DNA of 64,000 nt from a virus (lineage: Duplodnaviria > Caudoviricetes), in IMG/VR virus record IMGVR_UViG_3300045596_000094, positions 160,001-224,000 of that record; one strand, given 5' to 3'. Each line of letters starts with the position of its first letter. Within the stretch, counting starts at the first letter, position 1. This document shows, piece after piece, positions 29,575 to 38,637 of this stretch. Below the pieces are notes generated by a model that saw only the letters and a program-made list of their open reading frames with translations, was not told where the DNA came from and ran no database searches. The position numbers were made by a program, and so were the translations under genes.

Positions 29575-30651
29575 TTAGACTACCTCCATCAAGTTCACAC
29601 CTAAGTATTCACTTAAACGCTCGATACAGTCTTCGTTCTGTAAATTGAATACAGGAATCCCGAAGTGGTTCGCAACATTAATTGCTGTTGCAGTACCACC
29701 TGTCTTCTTCGTTGTCTTTTCCTCTGCACCATCTGGAGTCCAGCATAGGAGAAATTCAGATGGTCGGGAGATTGAAACACCCATCACTTCAAATACATTT
29801 CGAATATGTAATTCGCGATACTCTTGTTTCAACCAACGCCATGCAGGGTGTAACTTCGATACAATTGATACGGCTAGATTATAAGCTTCTGAGTCTGGGG
29901 GCACGACTTGTGTATGTAGTGAATACGAACCTCGTCCAACTGGACCAAAACGTATTCGGTGACCCTCAAGTGCATTATCCCAGACTACCCTATCAGCACC
30001 CTCAGCATCTCCAGTACAAGCCATTAAAGCAAATCGTCTAGATAATACTTGAACAGCTGAACCAAGATCGTCTTTACCATCGAAGGTAATCTTTCGAGAA
30101 CCTACACCGGTAAAGCGAGGATGTTGTCGGTGGGTCAGATCATAACGTCTTCTAAACATATCTCTAAGTTTCTTAGGGATCTTTTCGAATCCGTATAATT
30201 CGACCGACAAATCAAAGTCTACAAATTTTAGATGGTAGATAATGAGGTGTAAGACCACTTTAGGGTCTAGACCTCCTAAACCGCAACCCAGTGCTGGAAT
30301 TGCGATACGCTCTAAACGATCGCGATAAGGATAGTTCATCAGGAAATTTCTTAGATGAAGTAATCCTTTTCGAATATAAGACAATCGTGAGGGTTTCTCC
30401 CAATCTTCCTTGGTTGGAAAATTACAGATTAACTTCTCATTCTCGTCTGTTACGAATACCCCGAAATTCGCAATCGAATAGGCATGCTGTTTACAATAAT
30501 GGATATACTCACGATCGTTCTGCTTATAGCGTTGTTTAAACTGTTTCGCTAAACCAGCACCCATTTTACCCCGAGTATTTACAGGGTTCACCAGAAGCCC
30601 AGCATCAGAGCTGAATATGCTTCCAGTTTTAAAGATAAGATGTAGCGCCAT
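29575..30651 (-). CDS. Macro domain (DarG/TARG1-like) fused to SLOG (DprA/YpsA-like) domain
   Basis: N-terminal NPVN..G.MG.GLA.QFK, NFPTK.DW and IAIPALGCGLGGL; C-terminal TGVGSR, TGDAEGAD, HPAW, RN, CWTPDG and GGTATAI..A....IPVFNL. Confidence 0.85.
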   Translation of the reverse strand: MALHLIFKTGSIFSSDAGLLVNPVNTRGKMGAGLAKQFKQRYKQNDREYIHYCKQHAYSIANFGVFVTDENEKLICNFPTKEDWEKPSRLSYIRKGLLHLRNFLMNYPYRDRLERIAIPALGCGLGGLDPKVVLHLIIYHLKFVDFDLSVELYGFEKIPKKLRDMFRRRYDLTHRQHPRFTGVGSRKITFDGKDDLGSAVQVLSRRFALMACTGDAEGADRVVWDNALEGHRIRFGPVGRGSYSLHTQVVPPDSEAYNLAVSIVSKLHPAWRWLKQEYRELHIRNVFEVMGVSISRPSEFLLCWTPDGAEEKTTKKTGGTATAINVANHFGIPVFNLQNEDCIERLSEYLGVNLMEVV

Positions 30652-30665
30652 GAGTAAATCCTTTC

Positions 30666-31184
30666 TTAGCTAATATCGTCGTCAATAACGATCAGAGCTA
30701 ATTCTATTGCATTTTGGTTTATCTCCTCACCTAAAGGAGAGATCTTTGGTGGGGTGTGGATGGTATCTAGGAAATCGCCGACAGACCGATTTAAACCTTC
30801 GTCGAAATAATAGGTTCGAATGATTCTATCTAGGTACGAATTAGGTCCGTGCGGTAGATCTTCATCTATACGAATATACGCCAACGGTTTAAAAATACCG
30901 TGATCTAGGAAACCGTAAAAATGATGTTCGCGCTTAACCACCCAACAACAGATGCGTTCACGATATTTATCCGCATCCAGATTATCCGGCGAATAACGAC
31001 AACCGCCATTTATAGTGCCAAACAGGGTGATCAGTAATTCAATCGTGGGCTCGATAGGCTGAAACTTACCCGTAGCCCAATGACTATTCAGTACTGCGGT
31101 GAGTTTTTCTAAGGTAAAAGGATGGCATGGGAACATAAATACATTCTTCCAGATATTTCTTAACCATTGTTTACGCATTTGCAT
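30666..31184 (-). CDS. Hypothetical protein
   Basis: ORF coupled to the AAA gene; start at 31184 or 31178 is more plausible than 31253. Confidence 0.65.
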   Translation of the reverse strand: MQMRKQWLRNIWKNVFMFPCHPFTLEKLTAVLNSHWATGKFQPIEPTIELLITLFGTINGGCRYSPDNLDADKYRERICCWVVKREHHFYGFLDHGIFKPLAYIRIDEDLPHGPNSYLDRIIRTYYFDEGLNRSVGDFLDTIHTPPKISPLGEEINQNAIELALIVIDDDIS

Positions 31185-32406
31185 CCCTACCGTGGACGGT
31201 GGAGGCTGAACCCGTGGCTTTGGAAAGAGAATAGTAATGATCTCTAGCGGCAATGATCTCCTTCACTTCCGCTACGGTTTCAGAACTGCGTATACTCACA
31301 ATACTGTCTAACGGTAGTTCCTTCGATTCTAAATCCTGAAGATAGGTCAACCGGGGATCGCCTTCCTCGAAACCAATAGCGTTAAGTACCGTTTCGAATG
31401 AAGGGTAACTGAGTTCAATCTTGTGATTTACGCGTCCTGGACGATAAATGACGTCTTGGATTTTGTCGATAAAGTTCGTTGTCATGAACACAACAACATT
31501 CTTTAAGGGTTTGACACCATCTAAGAAATTCAAGAAAACAGAATAGTCACCTTTATCTGTATTACGACCATAACGGTCTTCTACTTTAGGTTCTGTGTTG
31601 AGAAAACTATAACCGTCGATATCTTCAAACAAAACGATAGTATTGCGACCTTTTAATGTTGCATTTAATAACATATTTATACCAGAGATTGATTGGTACG
31701 GGCTCGCAATAATAAGATTGATTCCATATTTAGATGCGAAGTGTCTAATGAGGTTAGTCTTACCTGTTCCTGGAGGGCCGTAGAGCATGAACGTTTCTCG
31801 TTGTGGCCTCCCCACGCGCTCATACCAATCTGGTTCGTTTGTGAAACGATCCATAATGGTGTTAATGCGACTGTATATTTCTGGATCTATAAGTTGTTTC
31901 TGTTGCCCGTAGAAACTTTCCAAATAACCACTGAATGTTTCAGCAGCGATGGTGCGTTGAAAGGACCGTACATCGCTGCTGACCGAATAAACTCGGGGTA
32001 AAGTGGATGTTTGAGGGTTAATATCTGCCAATATTTCGGCTACCTTACTACGATAAATGTGTGGAATGTAAATGTCTGCAACAACATAAGGTTTTTCTGT
32101 TGTATCTATGTACTTAACCATTACGAAGACACGACAACCCGCAAAAACTGCTGTGTAAAAACCTTCCCCGGCAGATAGCCGTTCTGCATCAGTGTAAGCG
32201 TAGTCATTCACCCACATGTTACTGAAAGGGGTAGCAAACTCTTGTAGTCTGATCAGCAGTTGGTCTAAAGTCACCCTAGATACAGACCCCGCATGATCCT
32301 TGAGGGAAACCTTTATCAATAAGTTTTTAGCAATTGTATCGCACGTGGTCAAAGGATCAACATAAGCTGATTTCAGTGCTTTTTTAATGTACTTTAACAT
32401 ACCCAA
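31171..32406 (-). CDS. AAA+ ATPase (BCS1-like)
   Basis: Walker A GPPGTGKT, Walker B VLFEDID, LNFLDG, MTTN and RPGR arginine finger. Confidence 0.9.
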   Translation of the reverse strand: MGMLKYIKKALKSAYVDPLTTCDTIAKNLLIKVSLKDHAGSVSRVTLDQLLIRLQEFATPFSNMWVNDYAYTDAERLSAGEGFYTAVFAGCRVFVMVKYIDTTEKPYVVADIYIPHIYRSKVAEILADINPQTSTLPRVYSVSSDVRSFQRTIAAETFSGYLESFYGQQKQLIDPEIYSRINTIMDRFTNEPDWYERVGRPQRETFMLYGPPGTGKTNLIRHFASKYGINLIIASPYQSISGINMLLNATLKGRNTIVLFEDIDGYSFLNTEPKVEDRYGRNTDKGDYSVFLNFLDGVKPLKNVVVFMTTNFIDKIQDVIYRPGRVNHKIELSYPSFETVLNAIGFEEGDPRLTYLQDLESKELPLDSIVSIRSSETVAEVKEIIAARDHYYSLSKATGSASTVHGRDANA

Positions 32407-32409
32407 TCC

Positions 32410-33018
32410 TTATTTAGACGCGTTGTTGTGGTGATTGCCTGTGGTTTGAGCATCTTTAAAATGTCGGTAATTATCCACATGAATGAAGCCCAACAGATTC
32501 TCTCCACGCCAACGGTAGATATCTTTAATCTCTGGAGCGTAATCTGGAAGCTCAACACCCCAGATACGGTCGAAAGGTGAAGCTTCTACAAATAGAACGT
32601 TTTCAGGTTGTTTCAGTAACCAGGCTTTGAGGTCATTGTTTTGATCGAACTTAGCGCGACAAAGATCTCGCACAATCGTGAATTTATGCTGATCCCAGAT
32701 ACGGGCAATAAATCCAGATACTTGACGACCTAAGCGTTTTTGATTTGGTGGCCATTTCTCTTCAAGGATCTTCTTAGCAGTTCCAGGATCGTTGAATAAC
32801 ATGGCTTTCTTCCACATCATCCCCTGCTCAACTGAGTTGAATGTTTGTCCTTCGAATGTGAATTTTCGAATGTAATGATTGGATAAGCAGGAATTATCAA
32901 TTCCATGTTTTCCTTGTTTCGCACCCCAGAAAAACACCTTAGTGGAATTAGACCCTTCTGGATCGAATCCGTATTTATTTAAATAAGCTTCTAGAGTTTC
33001 GTTATATAGTTGAGGCAT
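32410..33018 (-). CDS. NADAR family protein (YbiA-like N-glycosidase / ADP-ribose hydrolase)
   Basis: FFW, CLSN.Y, F.SVEQ.MM..KA.LF.D, K.LGR.V, KF.QN, EASPFDRIWG and W.GENLLG motifs. Confidence 0.92.
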   Translation of the reverse strand: MPQLYNETLEAYLNKYGFDPEGSNSTKVFFWGAKQGKHGIDNSCLSNHYIRKFTFEGQTFNSVEQGMMWKKAMLFNDPGTAKKILEEKWPPNQKRLGRQVSGFIARIWDQHKFTIVRDLCRAKFDQNNDLKAWLLKQPENVLFVEASPFDRIWGVELPDYAPEIKDIYRWRGENLLGFIHVDNYRHFKDAQTTGNHHNNASK

Positions 33019-33045
33019 CTCGTTTTCTCCAAATTAAAACGGCAT

Positions 33046-33169
33046 AAAAAGAAACTCTATGGGAATATCCCCATAGAGCCTGATTGTAAATCATTAGAGA
33101 TAAGGTAAGGTTACCCGACCTTACCCGTTCAGTTATCCATGGAATAAATAACTAAGCGGTTTATCTCTA
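33046..33169 (-). ncRNA. Candidate structured small RNA / leader (three-way junction plus terminator)
   Basis: Closing stem 33095-33103/33161-33169, two internal hairpins with G-U pairs on the minus strand, CATCCTATAG promoter motif at 33167-33176, terminator 33055-33078 with U tract. Confidence 0.55.
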
Positions 33170-33189
33170 TAGGATGGTTGTCACTGTTA

Positions 33190-33573
33190 TTAATTACACA
33201 ACTTCTTGTAATTCAAACGTTCATTAAAAGAAGCTCTGGCACGACTAGCATCAAAACGATTACAGCGCTCTTCGGCTACCTGTAAATCGTAAGCCATTTG
33301 AATTTCCTCACGGCTAAATTCATTCATTAGCGCACAGATTCGATCCACCTGCTGTTCCTGCGGTTCGAGTTCTTCAGCAGTTATATCGTAGGCTTTATAG
33401 ATAACCTGTTTATTTGCGTAATTGGCAAACTTTGTACCCAACTCCCAAGAATTGATCTGAGTGGAGGATAGTCCAGCTCGTGCAGCTATTTCCTTATTAG
33501 TAAATCCTTTACTGATTCTTAAAGCACGGAGACGAATGGGTTTCCAATGTTTCAAAATGAGTTCGCGTTTCAT
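33190..33573 (-). CDS. XRE-family helix-turn-helix protein
   Basis: LRALR...GFT.KEIAARAGLS...INSWELG. Confidence 0.85.
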   Translation of the reverse strand: MKRELILKHWKPIRLRALRISKGFTNKEIAARAGLSSTQINSWELGTKFANYANKQVIYKAYDITAEELEPQEQQVDRICALMNEFSREEIQMAYDLQVAEERCNRFDASRARASFNERLNYKKLCN

Positions 33574-33884
33574 TTCATTTGCTCTCTTAGCTGGGACTCA
33601 ATAACGGAGTTAGCCATCATGATGTGTTTTGGGTCAACGGTAGCGAGTAATTTTCTCACTATCTCAACATCGCTATCCATTACTTGAATGGCTTGATTAC
33701 CGCCTAAAATAGAACTAATATTTTTTATAATCTTCTTACTCACGGGCTTAGTGCCATTTTCAATCATGGACAGATAAGTTTGTGTTATGTCCAGAAATTG
33801 ACTCACATCCTTTGCTGTTTGTTTGCTGAGGATTCTTAGAGCATGTAGTTTAAATCCTTGTAAAGTCTTTGAAGTAATTGTCAT
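33570..33884 (-). CDS. XRE-family helix-turn-helix protein
   Basis: LHALR....T.KDVS..L.IT..YLSMIENG; ATGA-coupled to its paralog. Confidence 0.85.
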   Translation of the reverse strand: MTITSKTLQGFKLHALRILSKQTAKDVSQFLDITQTYLSMIENGTKPVSKKIIKNISSILGGNQAIQVMDSDVEIVRKLLATVDPKHIMMANSVIESQLREQMK

Positions 33885-33917
33885 GGGTTTCTCCTAATAA
33901 TAATAAGGGCATAAATA

Positions 33918-33942
33918 CCTCATCCCTTTTCGGGGATGAGGA
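33918..33942 (-). terminator. Terminator after thyA
   Basis: CCTCATCCCC / GGGGATGAGG stem followed by TTATGCC on the minus strand. Confidence 0.7.
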
Positions 33943-33954
33943 TTTGTCGTTAAC

Positions 33955-35163
33955 TTATACAGATATAGGGAACTTAATCACACCTTGGTGATTATAGTTT
34001 TCTAAACCTGCGACAATGAGATCTACTGATTCTTTAGTCAAACTATCAGGGTCAGTAATGTCTACACCATCAGGGAAGGTAAACTTCGGTAATTTCGTTG
34101 GGGTACGTTTTAACTGCTCTTCCACACCTTCGAATTGATTTTCATAGATGTGTGAGTTTGCACAGGTCAATTGAAAATCACCTACAGCTAAATCACACTT
34201 CTTAGCAAGCGCATGCATCATCATTGCGTAACCCGCAATATTAAATGGACAACCCAAAGGTAGATCGTTAGAACGCATGATCAATAGACCGTTTAGCAAA
34301 CGTCGTTCGCCTGAAGTATCCACATCGAAGATAATCATCAAGTGACAAGGAGGTAATGCCATTTTCCCTTCAAGAACATTGGCATCACAACGATCCTTAG
34401 AAGTGACGATTTCAACCCCATCAACCATTTCTTTTGTGGAGTTGTCAGAAATATCGGCGGGGTTCCACCCAGACAGTATGATGCGTCGATCGTTTGGATT
34501 ATTACGAAGCTGATCTACGACTTGTTTTAGCTGATTGATCTCACGACCATCTGGAGTAGCCCATTTGATCCACTGTTTACCGTAAATTGGACCAAGGTCA
34601 CCTTCTTTACCAAAATACTTACGCTCACGTGTACTGATGTCGTATTGCGCAAGATAATCGTTTAATGACAAGGGTTCTTTGTTCTGGGTCATGAAGTTAT
34701 TTAATTCTTCATTAACCAAAACTCCACCAATTTCTTTAGTTGTACCGTTGAGTACCAGCTCATCCATAGTAGCATGATAATCGCCATACGCTGCAGCCTG
34801 TTCCTGTAGTTTGTTTAAGGCTTCTTCTACAGAGATATCTAACTTATCTGCCAAGTCTTCAGCTAAAGCTTGTTGCTCACGCGTGATCACAGAAAATACA
34901 GAGCGTGATAAACCCCATTCATCCCATACAGGGCATCCGAGAGCTCGAAACTCTTCTACAGTTGTTGCCCCTTTAAAAAAACCTACCATTTCAGCAACAG
35001 CTGCTTTGAACTGTACCTTCTTCGTAGTGAGTAAGGGAAACCCATTCTGAAGATCGCATCGGATACTTGTACCAAAAAGATACTTGGTACGCATACCTGT
35101 ACGGTTATCTTTCACTTTACCATTTTCGTAACAGTCACGTAATAAGTCTAAGTATTGTTTCAT
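33955..35163 (-). CDS. thyA: Thymidylate synthase with large insertions
   Basis: DNRTG, FPLLTTKK, WDEW, GDLGPIYGKQW, LPPCH, RSND..LG.PFN and HIYEN motifs. Confidence 0.95.
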   Translation of the reverse strand: MKQYLDLLRDCYENGKVKDNRTGMRTKYLFGTSIRCDLQNGFPLLTTKKVQFKAAVAEMVGFFKGATTVEEFRALGCPVWDEWGLSRSVFSVITREQQALAEDLADKLDISVEEALNKLQEQAAAYGDYHATMDELVLNGTTKEIGGVLVNEELNNFMTQNKEPLSLNDYLAQYDISTRERKYFGKEGDLGPIYGKQWIKWATPDGREINQLKQVVDQLRNNPNDRRIILSGWNPADISDNSTKEMVDGVEIVTSKDRCDANVLEGKMALPPCHLMIIFDVDTSGERRLLNGLLIMRSNDLPLGCPFNIAGYAMMMHALAKKCDLAVGDFQLTCANSHIYENQFEGVEEQLKRTPTKLPKFTFPDGVDITDPDSLTKESVDLIVAGLENYNHQGVIKFPISV

Positions 35164-35182
35164 TTGGATTCCACTGAGGTGA

Positions 35183-35632
35183 TTAAAGGTTAATTGGTTT
35201 TGATGGTTTGATCATGTTCTCGATCAATGCGGTTAGATCTAAAACAGAGAGTACCTTGATTCGAGGTTGTAACGCGTTTGGCGTGATAGCATCGCTAACA
35301 TGTAGGATGTAAATCTTATTACGAATTTGCATTTCATACTTCGTCACCACCTTTGATTTAAACTGTAGAGGTTCAAGTAAATTACTGATAATTGGATCTG
35401 TAAATAAGACGATTTTTTCTAAATCTGTCGATCCGGTAAGTAATCCAGGTAACCGTTGAGAAGCAATGATGTGAGTAACAAGTTCTTCTTGATTAGTGAT
35501 GCTGAACGGGGCACCTCCGCCGTGTTCAGCTAGACTGGTTACGAGTTGGACTTCGGCAGCACTTTGGTAGAACTGCAAAGCGGTCTGTTGAGCTTGTATT
35601 CTCTGTTGCATCAAATCCATAGGGTCTGACAT
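35183..35632 (-). CDS. Hypothetical protein
   Basis: Probable start MSDPMD right after the upstream stop. Confidence 0.65.
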   Translation of the reverse strand: MSDPMDLMQQRIQAQQTALQFYQSAAEVQLVTSLAEHGGGAPFSITNQEELVTHIIASQRLPGLLTGSTDLEKIVLFTDPIISNLLEPLQFKSKVVTKYEMQIRNKIYILHVSDAITPNALQPRIKVLSVLDLTALIENMIKPSKPINL

Positions 35633-35633
35633 T

Positions 35634-36170
35634 TCATTCCACCGTAAAGTATGTTGGATCGAATTGTTCATTCGAGAATTTGGGGTGAAAATAGAGCGGT
35701 TGCATGTATGTGATTAATTGATCCAGTGTTCCTGGATTATCCACTGTAGTTGCGTATTTAGCAGATAGGAAAAGTTCTTTCGCAATAAAATTAATCGACA
35801 GACGCTTTACATCGCGGATCGTCTCAATGGCAGGGATCGGTTTAACTAACCATTGTTCGGAACCGATACGTTTAAAAGAAATACCCCCTAGTGTATTATC
35901 AGCAACATGTTGTATGTTAATTTCATTTACATTACCATCAGAGTTGACCAGATGAATAGCCTGACTAAAGGTAACGGTTTGTTGCCCGTTGGTTTCTAGT
36001 ATTCTTTCACCCTGACCATCTTTCATGATACATTTCATTCTAGCCGTTAAATGCGCTATAATCCAAGCGACGTTTCTGAAACTTATTTCTGCACAACTAT
36101 TCAGTCGTACGACCTCTCTGGATATTTCTGGTTGGCTTGCTTCCACATCGAGATGAGTTGTAAGTCTCAT
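35634..36170 (-). CDS. Hypothetical protein
   Basis: AGGGG RBS before MRLTT. Confidence 0.7.
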   Translation of the reverse strand: MRLTTHLDVEASQPEISREVVRLNSCAEISFRNVAWIIAHLTARMKCIMKDGQGERILETNGQQTVTFSQAIHLVNSDGNVNEINIQHVADNTLGGISFKRIGSEQWLVKPIPAIETIRDVKRLSINFIAKELFLSAKYATTVDNPGTLDQLITYMQPLYFHPKFSNEQFDPTYFTVE

Positions 36171-36223
36171 ATTTTCCCCTATCAAATAAAAAATAAAAGA
36201 GTGTCCGAAGACACTCATTTTAA

Positions 36224-36622
36224 TTAGTCCTCTGAGTCATCCTCAACTAGACTACTCTCATCACCAATAACATCACACTCACTCGCTCTGTCTGAACGAG
36301 GAACGATATCATCTACCATAGCCTGCATTTGGTCTGCCATTTGATTGAACTTCTTATAACCCCAATCGTAGACGTCTTTCTGATTAACATCTGCATTTTG
36401 GATGAGGGTGTGTGATTGGCTACGGCAATCCCACGTACGGTCAGAAGAATCGAGTTGTCCAGTGACAACAACGAGATCACCATCTTCTTCAAGGTAGGTG
36501 ATAGTGACTTGTGCTTCAGTAACTCCAGGGTTAGTGATAGCATCATTTAAAGCAGCACCTAACCAGTTGCTTGCTTCGTCAACGTTACAGTTGGCAGCGT
36601 TATCGTGGGTATTAACTGTCAT
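36224..36622 (-). CDS. Acidic hypothetical protein
   Basis: 132 aa, D/E/N-rich, GGAG RBS. Confidence 0.75.
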   Translation of the reverse strand: MTVNTHDNAANCNVDEASNWLGAALNDAITNPGVTEAQVTITYLEEDGDLVVVTGQLDSSDRTWDCRSQSHTLIQNADVNQKDVYDWGYKKFNQMADQMQAMVDDIVPRSDRASECDVIGDESSLVEDDSED

Positions 36623-36651
36623 TTTATTTTACTCCGAGTTAATGGAAGGGA

Positions 36652-37428
36652 TTAGCCTTCGATAGCTTTTACTTCAGTTTCTATTGCACCCCCATCGATT
36701 TGCTCTAAAGCAGCATCGAAACCAGCGCACATGTTTTGGAACATTGAAGAACCCTGCGTAAACATGTAATTGTTTAATTCAGAGCGTGTCTGATTATGGC
36801 TTGTATTGAGATGACTGATATGTACAGAACCATCGTTCATTTCCGATGCCACGAGCAAACGCATCGATTTTACATCACCGTTTAAATGATCTTGGAGAGT
36901 ATCATAAACCAGATCACGAACTTCAGATGGTTTTGTATCGTTATTGGTGAATTTTGCTTGCACTAAGAAATTTTCGTCAGTGTCAGCTTGGATTGAAGTA
37001 TTGTCGATTTGAATTTGGTTTGTCATTTGCTGTTGATCCATGCGGAGTTGGTGTTCGCGTCGTGCGCGAAGGATATTGTGGTCTTGGACCATGAAATTGG
37101 AATCATCGGCGTAACCATGATTCCCTGGGTGGATTGCTGTATTGAGGTTTTCATTAAGAAGACCCCAAACATTATCTTTAGGATTATTAATTTGTTCAAC
37201 CAAATAGTCTTGCAACATATGGTCATCATGTTTACGGAAGTTGGTGATTGCTATTGCACCTTCGCTATCGCGGGTTATTACAATCACTCGACCGTCAACA
37301 ATATCGCCATCACCAACCATTGCTTGTCCGAGATGTTTGTGTGGGTGGTCGCAATCATCGGAAAGCTTGTTAATATATCCATAGGTGAACCCAGTAGTAC
37401 GTATATCTGGATTATTACTCATCGTCAC
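36652..37428 (-). CDS. Acidic hypothetical protein with internal duplication
   Basis: 258 aa, two helix-strand-(D/E)G-strand-helix units. Confidence 0.75.
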   Translation of the reverse strand: MTMSNNPDIRTTGFTYGYINKLSDDCDHPHKHLGQAMVGDGDIVDGRVIVITRDSEGAIAITNFRKHDDHMLQDYLVEQINNPKDNVWGLLNENLNTAIHPGNHGYADDSNFMVQDHNILRARREHQLRMDQQQMTNQIQIDNTSIQADTDENFLVQAKFTNNDTKPSEVRDLVYDTLQDHLNGDVKSMRLLVASEMNDGSVHISHLNTSHNQTRSELNNYMFTQGSSMFQNMCAGFDAALEQIDGGAIETEVKAIEG

Positions 37429-37741
37429 CTTCCATTTTTAGTTCAGGAGATTCACCCATGAAACTATCTACTTCTTCTTGGAAAGCAGCACCTAAACGAT
37501 TATAGTTTTCCACGTTGTTGTAGCGGGCATAAACATCTAATCCTTTTTCAGGATTATAACTTGCCAACACCGTACCAGTGATCCCTTCAGTAGATTTGAA
37601 GTTAATGGTTGCATTAAATTCATTTACGGGAGTATCTGCTGGGGTAGGTTCACCTTCACCCATGTCATTGATATTTGCTACAACATCATTTAATAAAGTA
37701 GTTACAGTTGAAGCAGCTTTTTCTTTAGAGATAAAAGTCAT
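37415..37741 (-). CDS. Acidic hypothetical protein
   Basis: 108 aa, AAGGA RBS. Confidence 0.75.
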   Translation of the reverse strand: MTFISKEKAASTVTTLLNDVVANINDMGEGEPTPADTPVNEFNATINFKSTEGITGTVLASYNPEKGLDVYARYNNVENYNRLGAAFQEEVDSFMGESPELKMEGDDE

Positions 37742-37826
37742 GTTAATTCCTTAGAATGTTTTGGTTTCATACCAGATATAAACCCCTCATTTTTTACATG
37801 AGGGCATAAGTGGAAGGGGTGACGAA

Positions 37827-38330
37827 TCACCCATTTCTCAATTGTTTGTTCATTAGATTGATAAAATGAATTAATTGTCCAGACGTTAATTCACTGATTG
37901 TCAATTCACCTGCGCGATGGCTTAAGCGTTCGTTGATCATAAAGACCAAAGTGCTGTAATACGTATTTATTAACGAATATGAAATCACCCGTACTTGGGT
38001 AGGTGTTGTTTCAAATCGAACCAACCAAGACGGTAATTCAGATCCGTTATGTAAAGTAACACCGACACCATTATCGGGTCTACCTAAGGCAAGCCATATG
38101 GGTTCAAACATAGAACCACTTACTGCGCGAGCCATACCCACCGATAACGGTTGCGCTAATCGATTACATTCGTAGATCTTTTCCAAATTTCTCTGGAAGT
38201 CGTAAATGGGATCGAATAAAGAATCAATGATTTCTATAATGACATCATGATCAGCCAATATCTGTTCAGGTGTTCCAGAAGCTGTTGTAGGTTCTTCTAC
38301 AAAAAGCTCACCGCCATATCGTTTCGACAT
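37827..38330 (-). CDS. Hypothetical protein
   Basis: 167 aa, GAGGA RBS, early promoter at 38358-38374. Confidence 0.7.
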   Translation of the reverse strand: MSKRYGGELFVEEPTTASGTPEQILADHDVIIEIIDSLFDPIYDFQRNLEKIYECNRLAQPLSVGMARAVSGSMFEPIWLALGRPDNGVGVTLHNGSELPSWLVRFETTPTQVRVISYSLINTYYSTLVFMINERLSHRAGELTISELTSGQLIHFINLMNKQLRNG

Positions 38331-38357
38331 TTAGATTCCTCTACCTAATTCAAAGGG

Positions 38358-38374
38358 ATAATGTATAGCTAAAA
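38358..38374 (-). promoter_or_regulatory. Putative early promoter TTTTAGCTATACATTAT-N5-TGAAT
   Basis: Motif family member. Confidence 0.65.
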
Positions 38375-38597
38375 ACACTTTAAATTCACAAGTTGCGCGA
38401 CGCACATCGTTTTCGTCCTAGAGTCGGACAGACTTTAATTTGCTATCGCTACTTTAAATGAATCCATAGAAAGAATAAGCTCAGTTGACAAGTAAGTTAG
38501 AAATCTTTTATCTCTTTAATCTTTGAGAGATAGCGTAAGCAATATCTCTCAATCTAATTTCTTATATATTTCTAACTCTATTTTCTTTTTTCTTTAT

Positions 38598-38637
38598 GAG
38601 TGCATAGAGCACTCCCTGTAGGGTGCTCTATGCACTC
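38598..38637. repeat. Perfect 15-bp inverted repeat in a gene-free AT-rich region
   Basis: GAGTGCATAGAGCAC / GTGCTCTATGCACTC. Confidence 0.85.

Noticed and set aside
33955-35163. dUMP/dCMP hydroxymethylase (DNA base modification) suggested by MRSND
   Set aside because: The PFN asparagine, LPPCH and FPLLTTKK match canonical ThyA, and no base-modification genes are nearby.
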